A stretch of 59,728 nucleotides of DNA, the filler included. It is 7 parts of 7 records of this genome, joined end to end, with 100 filler letters (N's around TTAATTAATTAA, not from the genome) between each part and the next. Parts side by side here need not be neighbours in the genome. Positions count along the whole stretch, not along the records: positions 35,760 to 45,705 come from SRR2962707_3041; positions 45,806 to 54,028 come from SRR2962707_3048; 5 more parts are not named here. One strand, 5' to 3'. Below are positions 39,340 to 51,309 of the stretch, in pieces; the first letter of the stretch is position 1, and every line of letters starts with the position of its first letter. Position numbers and translations under genes: made by a program. Under the pieces are notes generated by a model. It saw nothing but the letters and a program-made list of their open reading frames with translations, did not search any database and was not told the origin of the DNA.

Positions 39340-39481
39340 AGCGTCAAATATCGGCGTAAACACAATCAGTGGATGCGCCGATTTGCCTTATCATCAGTAC
39401 ATGACAAGCCCAACGTGATCTGTTAGAGGGTCGCCATTGGGTTTGAACCCTCAATTCCTTCTCTAAAAAGGTGTACTGACC

Positions 39482-40795
39482 ATGTCTTCAGATCGCGCTA
39501 TTTCCGAAAAATTCTCGGATGCTTTTTTCAACCAAACACTAGCAGATCGTGATCCGGCGATTTTTGGTGCTATTGGCAAAGAACTTGGCCGTCAGCGTCA
39601 AGAAATTGAGCTAATCGCATCTGAAAACATCGCATCTCGCGCAGTCTTGGAAGCACAAGGCTCGGTCATGACCAACAAATATGCGGAAGGCTATGCAGGC
39701 CGCCGCTACTATGGTGGTTGCCAGTACGTTGATATCGCTGAAAACCTCGCAATCGAACGCATTTGTGAAATCTTTGGCTGTGAGTTTGCCAATGTACAGC
39801 CAAATTCTGGTTCGCAGGCAAACCAAGCTGTTTTCATGTCGTTGGCAAAACCTGGCGACACTATTCTCGGCATGAGCTTGGACGCTGGCGGTCACTTGAC
39901 CCACGGCGCAAAGCCAAACCAATCAGGCAAATGGTTTAACGCTGTTCAATATGGTCTCGTTAATGACACTGGCTATATCGACTATGATCAGGTTGCGGCT
40001 CTTGCTGAAGAGCACAAACCACAAATTATTATTGCTGGTGGTTCTGCCTATTCCCGGGTGATCGATTTTAAAAGGTTCCGCGAAATTGCCGATGCCGTTG
40101 GCGCGTATCTTTGGGTTGATATGGCTCACTTTGCTGGCTTGGTTGCCGCTGGCATTCATCCAAACCCGTTCCCACATGCGCATATCGTTACTTCAACAAC
40201 ACACAAAACACTGCGCGGTCCACGCGGCGGTATCGTGTTGACCAATGATGAAGCGATTGCAAAAAAAGTAAACTCTGCTGTGTTTCCTGGTCTGCAGGGC
40301 GGCCCATTGATGCATGTGATCGCCGGTAAAGCCGTTGCTTTTGGTGAAGCGCTGCGTCCAGAATTCAAAACCTACATGACTGCAGTTGCTGAAAATGCGA
40401 AAGTGTTGGCGCAAACGCTGGTTGAAGGCGGCTTAGATATCGTTTCTGGAGGCACTGACACCCATTTGATGCTCGTTGATTTGCGCCCGAAAGGCGTAAC
40501 CGGCAAGGCAACAGAGCAAGCGCTTGGCCGTGCTTTCATCACTTGTAACAAAAACGGCGTTCCAAACGATCCAGAAAAACCAACCATTACGTCTGGTATT
40601 CGTCTTGGTACACCAGCGGCAACAACACGCGGATTTGGCGCAGCTGAGTTCCGCGAAGTTGGTCAGTTGATCTTGCGCGTTGTCGACGGTGTTGCAGCAG
40701 CAGGCGAAGAGGGCGATGCGGCGATTGAAGCATCGGTCAAAGCAGACGTGCTGAAGCTTACAGAACGCTTCCCAATTTACGATTACATGGGATAA
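39482..40795 (+). CDS. glyA: Serine hydroxymethyltransferase
   Basis: LIASEN, NKYAEGY, GGHLTHG and [12 protein letters not shown] motifs. Confidence 0.98.
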   Translation: MSSDRAISEKFSDAFFNQTLADRDPAIFGAIGKELGRQRQEIELIASENIASRAVLEAQGSVMTNKYAEGYAGRRYYGGCQYVDIAENLAIERICEIFGCEFANVQPNSGSQANQAVFMSLAKPGDTILGMSLDAGGHLTHGAKPNQSGKWFNAVQYGLVNDTGYIDYDQVAALAEEHKPQIIIAGGSAYSRVIDFKRFREIADAVGAYLWVDMAHFAGLVAAGIHPNPFPHAHIVTSTTHKTLRGPRGGIVLTNDEAIAKKVNSAVFPGLQGGPLMHVIAGKAVAFGEALRPEFKTYMTAVAENAKVLAQTLVEGGLDIVSGGTDTHLMLVDLRPKGVTGKATEQALGRAFITCNKNGVPNDPEKPTITSGIRLGTPAATTRGFGAAEFREVGQLILRVVDGVAAAGEEGDAAIEASVKADVLKLTERFPIYDYMG

Positions 40796-40799
40796 TTGG

Positions 40800-41303
40800 A
40801 TGCGTTGCCCATTTTGTCATTCTGAAAACACGCAGGTTAAGGACAGCCGTCCTGCCGAGGACAACACGGTCATTCGGCGCCGACGTGTTTGCAATGATTG
40901 CGGTGGGCGCCACACCACGTTTGAACGCGTTCAGCTACGCGAACTCTTTGTTGTCAAAAAATCAGGTCGCAAAGTCGCTTTTGATCGCGACAAGTTAGCG
41001 CGATCATTTGAAATTGCGCTGCGCAAACGGCCCGTTGAAGCAGAGCGTATTGAACGTGCTGTTTCAGGCATTGTGCGCCAATTAGAAAGCAGCGGCGAAC
41101 AAGATATTTCATCCGATGATATCGGCGCATTGGTGATGGAAGTCCTGCGCAACATGGATGATGTTGGCTATGTACGCTATGCATCTGTCTATAAGGATTT
41201 CCGCGATCCAAAGGATTTCCAAGAATTGCTTGGGCAGCTTGGTGGCAATTTGCTTATCCTTGACCGCGTCAAAGATGAACCGCAATTTGATGACGAAAAC
41301 TGA
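40800..41303 (+). CDS. nrdR: Transcriptional repressor NrdR
   Basis: MRCPFC, RRRRVC..C, ATP cone and YVRYASVY. Confidence 0.97.
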   Translation: MRCPFCHSENTQVKDSRPAEDNTVIRRRRVCNDCGGRHTTFERVQLRELFVVKKSGRKVAFDRDKLARSFEIALRKRPVEAERIERAVSGIVRQLESSGEQDISSDDIGALVMEVLRNMDDVGYVRYASVYKDFRDPKDFQELLGQLGGNLLILDRVKDEPQFDDEN

Positions 41304-41320
41304 TGAAATCGGCGCTTTAA

Positions 41321-42436
41321 ATGGCCGCTAAATTTTCAAATCAAGATAATCGATTTATGTCTGCTGCTATCCGTTTGGGCCGCAGGCATAAAGCGCGCAC
41401 CGGAACGAACCCGCCAGTCTCCACGATCCTTGTGAACGACCTCGGCGGTGGTCCTGTTATCGTCGGAAGCGGTGTAACCGGCATCGGCGGACGACCGCAC
41501 GCAGAAGCAGCGGCGCTTGCCGAAGCAGGTGAATTAGCTAAAGGTGCCACAGCCTATGTGACGCTTGAACCATGCGCTCATCACGGCAAAACACCGCCTT
41601 GTGCCGATGCGCTGGTTGCTGCTGGCGTTGCGCGTGTGGTCAGTGCGCTAACCGATCCCGATGAGCGCGTATCTGGCAAAGGCTATCAAAGATTACGCGA
41701 TAACGGCATTCAAGTTGATGTGGGTTGCATGGAGAATGAAGCGCGTTCTGTGCTTGGTTCTTATTTGAATCGATCTATCACCCGCCGCGCGCAAGTAACT
41801 GTAAAGCTTGCGGTTTCTCGCGATGGCATGATCGGCAAGAGAGATGAAGCGCAATTTGCGATCACAGGCAAACAAGCCCGAGACCAAGGCCATATTCTGC
41901 GCGCCGAGCACGATGCAATTCTTGTGGGGTTGGGCACAGCGCTCATTGATAATCCGACATTGACGTGCCGCTTGCCGGGCATGGAACACAGATCGCCAGT
42001 GCGTATCGTGCTTGATACGTCTGCGCGCCTATCGCCCAATAGCGCCATGTGCCACACCATCGATCAAGCACCGCTCTATATTGCGACCGCCTATCCAGAA
42101 TCTGACAATGCAAAATTATTGGCCGAAAAGGGCGCACGCATTATTGCTTGTGAGCTTTTTGAAGGGCGCATCGCGCTTGCTGAATTGCTCGAAGATTTGG
42201 CCGGTATTGGCATAACAAGCATCCTCGTTGAAGGCGGCGCAGAAACCGCTCGGGCATTTATTGAAGAAGGGCTTGTCGAGCGGATTGCGCTTTTTCAAAG
42301 CAATGTGGTCGTCGGCGAGCAGGGGCTAGGCAGCCCATTTACGGCTGATAAATTGCCCGATGGATTTGCAATCGCGCAACAAATGGCATTTGGTGCCGAC
42401 ACCTATTTTCAAATCAACAAAATCATTGCGGACTAA
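41321..42436 (+). CDS. ribD: Riboflavin biosynthesis deaminase/reductase
   Basis: HAE, TLEPCAHHGKTPPC, DNPTLT and VEGG motifs. Confidence 0.95.
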   Translation: MAAKFSNQDNRFMSAAIRLGRRHKARTGTNPPVSTILVNDLGGGPVIVGSGVTGIGGRPHAEAAALAEAGELAKGATAYVTLEPCAHHGKTPPCADALVAAGVARVVSALTDPDERVSGKGYQRLRDNGIQVDVGCMENEARSVLGSYLNRSITRRAQVTVKLAVSRDGMIGKRDEAQFAITGKQARDQGHILRAEHDAILVGLGTALIDNPTLTCRLPGMEHRSPVRIVLDTSARLSPNSAMCHTIDQAPLYIATAYPESDNAKLLAEKGARIIACELFEGRIALAELLEDLAGIGITSILVEGGAETARAFIEEGLVERIALFQSNVVVGEQGLGSPFTADKLPDGFAIAQQMAFGADTYFQINKIIAD

Positions 42437-42441
42437 TTTTC

Positions 42442-43068
42442 ATGTTTACCGGCATTATCACAGATATAGCGACAATCAGCGCGGTGAGCGATCGACCAAG
42501 CGGCAAGTTGTTCCGCATTAACACCGATTATGATCCATCCACGATTGATATTGGTGCTTCGATTGCTTGCGCGGGCGTTTGCCTGACTGTGACCACCAAA
42601 TCAGATGATACTTCAAACGAACAATGGTTTGAGGTTGAAGCATGGGAAGAGGCGCTGCGTCTCACAACAGCATCAAACTGGGCTGCAGGTTCTAAAATCA
42701 ACACCGAACGCGCAATGAAAGTTGGCGACGAATATGGTGGCCATATGGTTTCAGGCCATGTTGATGGAATGGCAAAGGTTTTGCGCATTGTAGAAGAAGG
42801 CGAGGCGACTCGCTTTTTCATTCAAGCGCCGCATGAATTATCGAAATTTATAGCGCCAAAAGGCTCGGTTGCACTTAACGGAACATCGCTGACAGTCAAC
42901 AGTGTTGAGGGCGATGTTTTTGATGTCTTGCTCATCCGCCACAGCCTCGCTGTGACGACATGGGGCACCACGCAGGTAGATGATCTCATCAATATCGAGA
43001 TCGATACAATCGCCCGTTATGTGGAACGATACATTTCTCGTCTTGCAGAGGTATCAAAACAAGCGTAG
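42442..43068 (+). CDS. ribE: Riboflavin synthase (alpha chain)
   Basis: MFTGII, GVCLT, GGHMVSGHVDG and KGSVALNGTSLTVN motifs. Confidence 0.96.
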   Translation: MFTGIITDIATISAVSDRPSGKLFRINTDYDPSTIDIGASIACAGVCLTVTTKSDDTSNEQWFEVEAWEEALRLTTASNWAAGSKINTERAMKVGDEYGGHMVSGHVDGMAKVLRIVEEGEATRFFIQAPHELSKFIAPKGSVALNGTSLTVNSVEGDVFDVLLIRHSLAVTTWGTTQVDDLINIEIDTIARYVERYISRLAEVSKQA

Positions 43069-43148
43069 GCAGCGCCTTTATTCATGCGGACTGCTTCAAC
43101 AAGCGGCTGCAGAAATTCGTAATTTGATAAAATTGGTCGGAACAATCA

Positions 43149-43625
43149 ATGGCTGAAGAATCGACAGACAAAGGTGTGAAACCCGCCAATAAACGTGGCG
43201 CGGCGCGTCTTGCCGCCGTGCAAGCACTGTTCCAAATGGATCTTTCCGGTGCGCGTGTTTTGGAAGTTGCTGCCGAATATGAAACTTTTCGCCTTGGCCA
43301 AGTGGTTGATGGTGAAAAATATGTTGAAGCTGATGCTGCCTGGTTTCGCGGTATTTTGGCCGGTGTTGTCAAAGAACAAACACGCCTTGACCCAATTATT
43401 CGCGATGCGCTTCAAGAAGATTGGCCGCTTTCACGCATTGATACAACGCTTCGCGCTATCCTTCGCGCGGGCACCTTTGAATTGACACTGAGACAAGATG
43501 TTCCTGTCGCTGTCGTTATTTCTGAGTATATGGATATTGCAACAGCCTTCTATGATGATGGCGATGAACCTAAAATGGTGAATGCAGTATTGGATCGGAT
43601 TGCGCGCAGAACGCGCAAAGCCTGA
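43149..43625 (+). CDS. nusB: Transcription antitermination factor NusB
   Basis: [23 protein letters not shown] and VNAVLD motifs. Confidence 0.95.
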   Translation: MAEESTDKGVKPANKRGAARLAAVQALFQMDLSGARVLEVAAEYETFRLGQVVDGEKYVEADAAWFRGILAGVVKEQTRLDPIIRDALQEDWPLSRIDTTLRAILRAGTFELTLRQDVPVAVVISEYMDIATAFYDDGDEPKMVNAVLDRIARRTRKA

Positions 43626-43641
43626 TCAAAAGTGAGGTCTT

Positions 43642-44862
43642 TTGAGTGACGTTTTTGAAATAGAAGAAGCTGAACTCAAAGAAGCCAAACGCACAGCACT
43701 TACATTCGCAATGGCGCAATCAATCGTCGGTGCCTGTGCGCCGGTCGCGATTTCCATTGGCGGTCTCGCTGGCTTTTATTTGCTCGGTGCCGATAAGACT
43801 TTCGCGACACTTCCGGTCACAGGCTACAACATTGGCGTTGCCGTTGGCGCGCTGCCCGCAGCGATGATCATGCGCGCAATTGGCCGCCGCAAAGGCTTTT
43901 CTACAGGCGCTTTGGTTACTTCGCTTGGCGGCGCGCTTGCCGCTACTGGCCTCATTCTACATAGTTTTCTGTTCTTCGTGCTCGCTCTCGCTGTCATTGG
44001 TGTCGGCGGCGCTTTTGCCCAGCAATATCGCTTTGCAGCCGCTGATGCTGCGCCGCGTTCGTTTAAACCGCAGGCTATCTCTTGGGTTCTAAGTGGCGGA
44101 ATATTCGCCGCGATCATCGGCCCGCAGGCCGTGATCTGGACCAAAGACCTGCTAGCGCCGGTTAGTTTTGCCGGTGCGTTCCTTTCTGTGGTTGTCCTTG
44201 GCATTATTGGCATGGCTGTCTTAACGACACTCACCCATTTGCCGCCGCCTGCCGCTGATTCTGAAGAAATGATGGGCACCGAGCGGTCAACCCGCGAAAT
44301 CATCAGCCAGCCGCGTTTCCTGGTGGCATTTATGTGCGCAGTAACAACCTATGCGCTGATGAGCTTTGTCATGACTGGCGCGCCCATAGCGATGGTGGAT
44401 TGCGGATTGACGGCCAATGACGCCACCCTTGGTATTTCATGGCACGTTATGGCGATGTTTGGTCCTAGCTTTTTTACCGGCAAGTTGATTGCGCGTTTCG
44501 GCAAGGCAAAGATCGTCGCTGCGGGCCTACTGCTCTTAATCGCTTGTGCACTCGTTGCATTATCAGGTGTTTCACTCGGCCAGTTTTGGCTAGCGCTCAT
44601 TTTGCTTGGCGTTGGTTGGAACTTCGGCTTCATCGGCGCAACTGCAATGCTAACCGACACCTACCGGCCGTGCGAGAAAAGCAAAATTCAGGGCATCCAT
44701 GACTTTGCGCTCTTTACAACCGTGGCAATTGCCTCATTTGGCTCCGGCGCAACGCTCAATGCCTATGGTTGGAGCATGCTAAGCTGGATCACACTGCCCG
44801 TTGCAGGCTTCTGTTTGGTTGTGCTTCTGGTGCAGGCATTTGTGACACGCGGCAGCAAGTAA
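43642..44862 (+). CDS. MFS transporter
   Basis: About 12 TM helices; QYRFAAAD, WHVMAMFGPSFFTG and GWNFGFIGAT motifs. Confidence 0.88.
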   Translation: MSDVFEIEEAELKEAKRTALTFAMAQSIVGACAPVAISIGGLAGFYLLGADKTFATLPVTGYNIGVAVGALPAAMIMRAIGRRKGFSTGALVTSLGGALAATGLILHSFLFFVLALAVIGVGGAFAQQYRFAAADAAPRSFKPQAISWVLSGGIFAAIIGPQAVIWTKDLLAPVSFAGAFLSVVVLGIIGMAVLTTLTHLPPPAADSEEMMGTERSTREIISQPRFLVAFMCAVTTYALMSFVMTGAPIAMVDCGLTANDATLGISWHVMAMFGPSFFTGKLIARFGKAKIVAAGLLLLIACALVALSGVSLGQFWLALILLGVGWNFGFIGATAMLTDTYRPCEKSKIQGIHDFALFTTVAIASFGSGATLNAYGWSMLSWITLPVAGFCLVVLLVQAFVTRGSK

Positions 44863-45025
44863 AGCTTAAATATCCACACATGCCGTTTAGCGGCCATGAC
44901 TTGACCGCCATATAACCTTTGGTCATGATCTTGTTGAGGCGTCGAGCTTCCAACCGGAAGCGACGATTCGCTTTTGTTTGGGAACTTGTCGGGGGGAGAT
45001 TCGACAAGTCATTTTGGAGGAAATT

Positions 45026-45705
45026 ATGATTCTACTTGCAGTTATCGCAAGCGGTCTGCTTTCAATTGTGTATGCGATTTGGGCCACACAGTCAGTTTTG
45101 GCTGCTGACCAGGGCAATGCGCGTATGCAGGAGATTGCTGGTGCTATTAGGGAAGGGGCGTCAGCCTATCTTAACCGTCAGTATTTTTATGTTGCAATCG
45201 TCGGCGCCGTTGTTCTCGTCATCACATTTTTGTTGTTGGGTGCAACCGCAGCTATTGGTTTTGCCATCGGTGCTATTTTATCTGGTATTGCGGGATATAT
45301 TGGTATGAACGTTTCTGTTCGCGCCAATGTGCGCACCGCGCAAGCCGCCTCAAAATCACTTGCCGCAGGATTGGATATCGCCTTCAAATCCGGTGCGATC
45401 ACCGGCATGTTGGTGGCAGGTCTCGCGCTTCTTGGCGTGTCTGTCTATTTCTACGTGCTGGTCGATATGATGGGCTTGGAAGCCTCTAGTCGCCAAGTTA
45501 TCGACGCACTGGTTGCGCTTGGCTTTGGTGCTTCATTGATCTCCATTTTCGCTCGTTTAGGCGGCGGTATCTTCACCAAAGGTGCAGATGTGGGCGGCGA
45601 CCTTGTTGGTAAGGTGGAAGCAGGCATTCCTGAAGATGATCCAAGAAACCCAGCAACGATTGCGGATAATGTGGGTGACAATGTTGGCGACTGTGCCGGC
45701 ATGGC
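45026..45705 (+). CDS. hppA: Membrane-bound H+/Na+-translocating pyrophosphatase (3' truncated)
   Basis: [30 protein letters not shown] and DNVGDNVGD motifs; RBS ggagg before ATG 45026. Confidence 0.96.
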
Positions 45706-45805
45706 NNNNNNNNNNNNNNNNNNNNNNNNNNNNNNNNNNNNNNNNNNNNTTAATTAATTAANNNNNNNNNNNNNNNNNNNNNNNNNNNNNNNNNNNNNNN
45801 NNNNN
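45706..45805. other. Artificial contig linker
   Basis: N-run + TTAATTAATTAA + N-run. Confidence 0.98.
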
Positions 45806-45875
45806 TGGGGAACCTGGATTCGAACCAGGACTAACAGAGTCAGAGTCTGCGGGTCTACCGTTAACCTATTCCCCA
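45806..45875 (-). tRNA. tRNA-Gln(CTG), 3' end clipped by the contig edge
   Basis: Reverse complement TGGGGAA TA GGTTAACGGTAGACC C GCAGA CT CTG AC TCTGT TAGT CCTGG TTCGAAT CCAGG TTCCCCA folds as a cloverleaf. Confidence 0.93.
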
Positions 45876-46140
45876 ACGTGGGCCGGGCCGGAAAAATATC
45901 AGGCCAGCGGGGCGGCTTATAACCAATAATCGGCGAGGATGCAAACCCCGATTATACAGTTTTTTCCAATCAGTTTGAACGCCCCGATCGTAGCGTTGAC
46001 GCGGTCGAACCGCAAATGCGCCCTGCGGCGGGACAAAAAGAGTTTTGCGTTCTGTTCGCCGGTTTGCTAATCTTTTCCCAACGACAAACCGTGAAGCGCG
46101 GTGCGGGCATATTTGCTCGCCGCACACGACAGGAAAGACC

Positions 46141-47700
46141 GTGAAAGACCTTCGGGATGGCGAAACGCCAAACGCAGGTGCATCACTGGCAGGTGACAAA
46201 CCGTCTGAACGCGCCTTAACGGCGGCGGCAGATGGCGTGAAGCAGGGACACGGCAAGCCCGTGGTCTCAAGCTCGTCTACTGATGGAACGCCATCAGTGC
46301 GCGCTTCAGCCAGTGATTCCACCACCGACAAAGGCGGCTCCGAGCCGTCCGGACGGCGCAGGCGGCGGCGCAGAAAATCCGCGCGCAAGGCCGAGAGCAA
46401 AGGCGCGCCCGGGCCTTCCCCTTCCACCAGTCCCTCGGTAGCCGCCCAGACACCGGCTCCTGGTGAAAAGAAGGGCCGGCGCCGGCGCCGCAAATCCGGT
46501 CGCGAAATTCAGGGCCGCCCACTGGCCCCGCAGAAGGCGCCGGGTCAGGCAAAGGACAAAACCCATACGGGCACGACTGGTCACAGCCAACGTCACAGCG
46601 ATGCCTCACCGGCAGCCGCTCAAGGCGGAGGGTTCTCAGGGCCGGCAATGCGCAGGCAGGCTGATGATCTTTATGCAGCGCTTGATCTGGGCACCAACAA
46701 CTGCCGTCTGCTGATCGCGCAGCCGACGCGGCCCGGCCAGTTCCGGGTGGTTGATGCGTTCTCCCGTATTGTCCGGTTGGGCGAAGGGCTTGATGCCACC
46801 GGCGAGCTGTCGCAAGACGCCATGGACCGGGCCGTCGAAGCGTTGAAGGTCTGCGCCGGAAAGCTGAAAAACCGTCCCGTACGGCGTCATCGTCTGATCG
46901 CCACCGAAGCCTGCCGCTCGGCGCGCAATGGCGAAGAATTCCTCGCCCGGGTTCTACAGGAAACCGGGCTTGAGCTCGAAATAGTCACCCGCGAAACCGA
47001 AGCCAGGCTTGCGGTTGCAGGGTGCTCTTCTCTGGTTGGCCGGGAAACCGACGGTTTGGTGCTGTTCGATATCGGCGGCGGCTCGTCCGAGATCGCCATG
47101 ATCGATCTGACAGAAAACCGTTCCAATCGGCTGGCCAATCACATCAAGGCCTGGACTTCGCTGCCAGTTGGCGTTGTCACTCTGTCGGAGCGTCACGGCG
47201 GATGTCTGGTAACGCCTGCCGTTTTCCAGGCGATGGTCGCGGAAGTTGATGTCATGCTGGCTGCTTTCGACCCTCCACCACTGCCTGCCTTTTCGGGTCT
47301 GGGCGAGGGGCGGATTCACCTGCTTGGGACATCGGGAACGGTGACCACGCTGGCCGGCCTGCATCTCGATCTCCCGCGCTATGACCGCCGCAAGGTGGAT
47401 GGCTTGTGGCTGTCGAACGAGGATGTGGATCTGATGCTCGACAGGCTTTTGTCCTGGGATTTCGAAGCCCGCGCCGCCAACCCCTGTATCGGGGCTGACC
47501 GCGCGGATCTTGTTCTTGCCGGTTGCGCCATTCTGCAGTCGATCCGCAAACGCTGGCCATCCCAGCGGATGCGTGTCGCCGACCGCGGGTTGCGCGAGGG
47601 ATTGCTCAACGAAATGATGGCGTCCGACGGTGCCTGGCGGCGCAGTGGACGGAATTTCCGCTACCGCAACCAGCGGTCGGCCCAAGGGGAAAAATCATGA
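46141..47700 (+). CDS. ppx: Ppx/GppA family exopolyphosphatase with disordered Arg-rich N-terminus
   Basis: [25 protein letters not shown] and GLREG motifs; probable GTG start at 46141. Confidence 0.9.
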   Translation: MKDLRDGETPNAGASLAGDKPSERALTAAADGVKQGHGKPVVSSSSTDGTPSVRASASDSTTDKGGSEPSGRRRRRRRKSARKAESKGAPGPSPSTSPSVAAQTPAPGEKKGRRRRRKSGREIQGRPLAPQKAPGQAKDKTHTGTTGHSQRHSDASPAAAQGGGFSGPAMRRQADDLYAALDLGTNNCRLLIAQPTRPGQFRVVDAFSRIVRLGEGLDATGELSQDAMDRAVEALKVCAGKLKNRPVRRHRLIATEACRSARNGEEFLARVLQETGLELEIVTRETEARLAVAGCSSLVGRETDGLVLFDIGGGSSEIAMIDLTENRSNRLANHIKAWTSLPVGVVTLSERHGGCLVTPAVFQAMVAEVDVMLAAFDPPPLPAFSGLGEGRIHLLGTSGTVTTLAGLHLDLPRYDRRKVDGLWLSNEDVDLMLDRLLSWDFEARAANPCIGADRADLVLAGCAILQSIRKRWPSQRMRVADRGLREGLLNEMMASDGAWRRSGRNFRYRNQRSAQGEKS

Positions 47701-48413
47701 CCCGTCCTCCCTCAGGCCCCACCGGGCGCAAGCTCGGACAAAAGGTAAAGCGAAAGAGCAAGCTCAAGGCGTCGTCGCGGCGCTGGATCGAGCGTCATCT
47801 CAACGATCCTTACGTCCAGCAGGCCAAGCAGGAAGGCTACCGCTCACGCGCAGTCTACAAGCTTCTGGAAATCGACGAGAAGCACAAGATTCTCGACAAG
47901 GCCAAGCGCATCATCGATCTGGGAGCTGCCCCTGGCGGCTGGTCGCAGATCTCTGCGCAGGTGACAGATTCCACCGATGAAGATCCCAAGGTTGTGGCCA
48001 TCGACTTTCTCGAGATGGACGGCCTGGCCGGCGTCAAGTTCCTGCAGATGGACTTTCTCGACGATGCAGCACCCCAGGCGCTGAAGGATGCGCTCGGAGG
48101 CGCGCCCGACGTGGTGTTGTCGGATATGGCCGCGCCGACCACCGGTCATCAGCGCACCGATCATCTTCGGACCATGCATCTGTGCGAGGTTGCGGCCCAT
48201 TTCGCCATAGAAACGCTCACGCCGGGCGGACATTTTCTCGCCAAGACTTTCCAGGGCGGAACCGAGAATGATTTGCTGACCCTGCTGAAGCAGAACTTCA
48301 AGTCTGTCATCCACATCAAACCACCGTCATCGCGTGCGGAATCGGTCGAGATGTTCGTTCTCGCCAAGGGCTTCAAGGGCCGCAGCAATCCGGACTCAAC
48401 TGCGGACGGGTGA
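47697..48413 (+). CDS. rlmE: 23S rRNA Um2552 methyltransferase
   Basis: [24 protein letters not shown] and SSRAESVE motifs; ATGA overlap with ppx. Confidence 0.95.
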   Translation: MTRPPSGPTGRKLGQKVKRKSKLKASSRRWIERHLNDPYVQQAKQEGYRSRAVYKLLEIDEKHKILDKAKRIIDLGAAPGGWSQISAQVTDSTDEDPKVVAIDFLEMDGLAGVKFLQMDFLDDAAPQALKDALGGAPDVVLSDMAAPTTGHQRTDHLRTMHLCEVAAHFAIETLTPGGHFLAKTFQGGTENDLLTLLKQNFKSVIHIKPPSSRAESVEMFVLAKGFKGRSNPDSTADG

Positions 48414-49811
48414 GGCGGCGCGCGGACCGGCCTGCTTGAGCGTGTGTCCTGAAACCGCATTGCCGGCATTGGGCGGCAGAGCCAGAAACGGGATGATGGC
48501 GAAGGCTGTGATTGCAGCCACCACGAAGAATGCCGTTTGAAACGCGCCCAGATCCAGCACTCCGCCATTCATGGTGCTGACCACTTCGACAATGCCGCCG
48601 GCAACGGCCACCCCGATGGCGATGGACACCTGCTGGAATGCCGAGGTAAAGGCGGTCGCTTGCGCTGCGGTTTCCGGTGCAATCTCGGAGAATGTCAGCG
48701 CATTGACCGATGTGAAGAACATCGACCGGACAAGCCCGCCAAGAAACAGGATCACCAGAATCAGCGCGATCGGCGTGGCGGGGCTGAAAAACCCGTTGAC
48801 CGCGATCGACAAGGCCGCTCCTGCTGCTGAGACAAGCAGTGTGCGGCGAAATCCGACGGAACTGAGAATGCGCTTGATGACGAATTTCATCATGATGGCG
48901 CCGGCTGCGGAAATGAAGGTGATCATGCCCGACTGGAACGGCGACATGCCAAATCCCAGTTGCAGCATCAATGGCAGCAGAAAGGGAACGGCACCCGCAC
49001 CGACCCGAAACAGGTTCGAGCCAAGCAGAGACAAGGCGAAGGTCCGGTTCCGGAACAGTTTGGGGTCAAGCAGCGGTTTCGGATGAGACCTGGCGTGCCT
49101 GAGATAGGCGATCAGTGACAGTATGCCCCCGGCGGTCGCCGTGATCCCCCAGACCGGCGGCAGGACCGGCAGGCTGATCACCGACAGACCGAACACAATG
49201 CCCGAGGCAGCACCGCCCGACAGCAAGAAGCCCAGCCAGTCGACCTTTTCACGCAAACGGACACCATCGTCTGGCAGGATTCTGAGCGCAAAGACGATTC
49301 CCGCAAGCCCGATTGGAATATTGATCAGGAAGATCCAGTGCCAGGTCAGGAATGTGGTGAGAAAGCCACCCACGGGAGGGCCGACCATCGGGCCAACAAG
49401 CGCCGGGATCGTCAGCCAGGCCATGGCGCTGACCAGTTGCGATTTTTCGGTCGATCTGAGCAGCACCAGGCGGCCGACCGGAGTCATCATTGCCCCGCCC
49501 ATGCCTTGCAGGAACCGCGAAATGACGAATTCCAGGAGGCTGCTCGAAGCAGCACAAGCAATCGAGCCTGCAAGGAACACCCCGATAGCGATGGCGAAAA
49601 TCCGCCGCGCGCCGAACCGGTCGGCCATCCAGCCGGAAATCGGGATGAACACCGCAAGCGACACCAGATAAGCCGTGAGCGCCAGCTTGAGCGAGATCGG
49701 GCTTGTGTCGATATCGGCTGCGATTGCCGGCAATGCGGTGGCAATGACGGTGGAATCCATCTGCTCCATGAAAAGGGCGACGGCCAGAACGAGCGGTATC
49801 GAGCGGTTCAC
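48396..49811 (-). CDS. DHA2-family MFS efflux transporter
   Basis: [28 protein letters not shown] and [10 protein letters not shown] motifs; probable GTG start at 49811. Confidence 0.9.
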   Translation of the reverse strand: MNRSIPLVLAVALFMEQMDSTVIATALPAIAADIDTSPISLKLALTAYLVSLAVFIPISGWMADRFGARRIFAIAIGVFLAGSIACAASSSLLEFVISRFLQGMGGAMMTPVGRLVLLRSTEKSQLVSAMAWLTIPALVGPMVGPPVGGFLTTFLTWHWIFLINIPIGLAGIVFALRILPDDGVRLREKVDWLGFLLSGGAASGIVFGLSVISLPVLPPVWGITATAGGILSLIAYLRHARSHPKPLLDPKLFRNRTFALSLLGSNLFRVGAGAVPFLLPLMLQLGFGMSPFQSGMITFISAAGAIMMKFVIKRILSSVGFRRTLLVSAAGAALSIAVNGFFSPATPIALILVILFLGGLVRSMFFTSVNALTFSEIAPETAAQATAFTSAFQQVSIAIGVAVAGGIVEVVSTMNGGVLDLGAFQTAFFVVAAITAFAIIPFLALPPNAGNAVSGHTLKQAGPRAASPVRS

Positions 49812-49940
49812 GATAAATATCCATTGATGCGGGAGACGCTGCTCAGCCTTCGACCGCTCTTGAAACAAGCACTTTGTTCTACAGGAAAATGCTGCCACCG
49901 AAAGGGCGACAAAGTATCATTTGCTGCCGGGCAATTGTGC

Positions 49941-50852
49941 TCACTTGATTGGGGCTTCGGCCTGGCCTCCGGCCTGAAGCCGCAGCGCCAATTGGTCGGC
50001 CAGGGCCCGCACCCGTCTGGGCTGAGCCCGGCTGGGTGGAAACAGCATCTGGATCGGCGTCGCTGGAGCGGCATGGTCCGTCAGAAGCTCGACCAGACGA
50101 CCGGCCCTGATGTCAGGCCCGACATCCAGTTCCGATCTGTTCGTCACTCCGTGGCCATCCAGAGCCCATTGCCGCACCAGCGCACTGTCATTGGCAACGC
50201 GGTCCCCCCGCACGGTCACGATCTGCTTGACGATATCGGGACCAAACCGCCAGACATTGTCGAGGTTGATGCCGAACCGCATGACCAGGCAATTATGGTT
50301 TTTCAAATCCGCAGGTGTCTGCGGCGCACCATGTTTTCTTATATAGCTCGGCGCGGCACAAATCAGCCGCCGCTTTGAGCCAAGACTTCTGATCCGCAAA
50401 GAGCTGTCGGTCACCTCTCCAAAGCGGACGGCGATGTCATATCCTTGTCCGACAAGGTCGATATAGCCATCGGTAAGCATCAGTTCGATGGAAATGGACG
50501 GATGGTGTGCCAGGAACCTGTTTATTTCATCCGTTACAATAGTGCGGCCAAGGTCACTTGGCGCGCTGATGCGGATGAGCCCCGACAGGGTGTGTGCACC
50601 CTGCCGGATGCGGGTTTCAAGATCATCCATCTCTCCCAGCACCTGCCTTGCGCCTTCCATCAGCGTCCGGCCTTCTTCAGTGAGGCTGATGGAGCGGGTG
50701 GTGCGGTTAAGCAGCACCACTCCGTAATGGGCTTCCAGGGTTGCTAGCCGCTCGGAAACCGTTGTCGGCGACAAGCCGAGTTCGCGTGCGGCTCCCGAGA
50801 GGCTGCCTTTTTCGACGATCGTCTGGAACAGGGCAATGTTGGAAAGGAGCAT
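49941..50852 (-). CDS. LysR-family regulator (CrgA-like)
   Basis: GSLSGAAREL, LLNRTTRSISLTEEG and DIAVR motifs; divergent from the redox operon. Confidence 0.93.
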   Translation of the reverse strand: MLLSNIALFQTIVEKGSLSGAARELGLSPTTVSERLATLEAHYGVVLLNRTTRSISLTEEGRTLMEGARQVLGEMDDLETRIRQGAHTLSGLIRISAPSDLGRTIVTDEINRFLAHHPSISIELMLTDGYIDLVGQGYDIAVRFGEVTDSSLRIRSLGSKRRLICAAPSYIRKHGAPQTPADLKNHNCLVMRFGINLDNVWRFGPDIVKQIVTVRGDRVANDSALVRQWALDGHGVTNRSELDVGPDIRAGRLVELLTDHAAPATPIQMLFPPSRAQPRRVRALADQLALRLQAGGQAEAPIK

Positions 50853-50950
50853 TATGCGGAATATCCGGATTATCAATTCGTATATTGCTCGTTTATTCGG
50901 TCCGGGCAAGTGGTTAGGTGTAGATCATCGTGAACCCAGGAGGCTTCGAA

Positions 50951-51241
50951 ATGACCAGACTGACCATTGTCGCCAATATCAAGGCTGCCCCCGACCAGAT
51001 CGCGCTGGTCAAGGCGGAGCTGGAAAAGCTGATCCCGATCACCCGCGCCGAGGCCGGATGCCTCAACTATGATCTGTATCAGGACAATGCCAATCCGGCG
51101 CATTTCATGTTTCATGAAAACTGGGAATCCCGCGACCTTTGGCAGACCCACATGAATGCTCCGCATCTGGCTGCCTACATGCAGGCCACCGAAGGTGCGG
51201 TCGTCGAGTTCACTCTCAATGAAATGACCCAGGTCGGTTGA
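50951..51241 (+). CDS. Antibiotic biosynthesis monooxygenase / putative quinol monooxygenase
   Basis: TRAEAGCLNYDL, FHENW and HMNAPH motifs. Confidence 0.88.
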   Translation: MTRLTIVANIKAAPDQIALVKAELEKLIPITRAEAGCLNYDLYQDNANPAHFMFHENWESRDLWQTHMNAPHLAAYMQATEGAVVEFTLNEMTQVG

Positions 51242-51309
51242 ACCGGCAGGCCCCAGCCAGGGATCGTCTGGGGCCTGCCAAAGGCGCCACCGGCAAGCAA
51301 GAGAGCATC

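Noticed and set aside
39340-39481. ZTP or glycine riboswitch upstream of glyA
   Set aside because: No recognisable aptamer consensus in this short intergenic region.
40796-43148. FMN riboswitch for the rib genes
   Set aside because: Genes are tightly packed with no leader space or RFN consensus.
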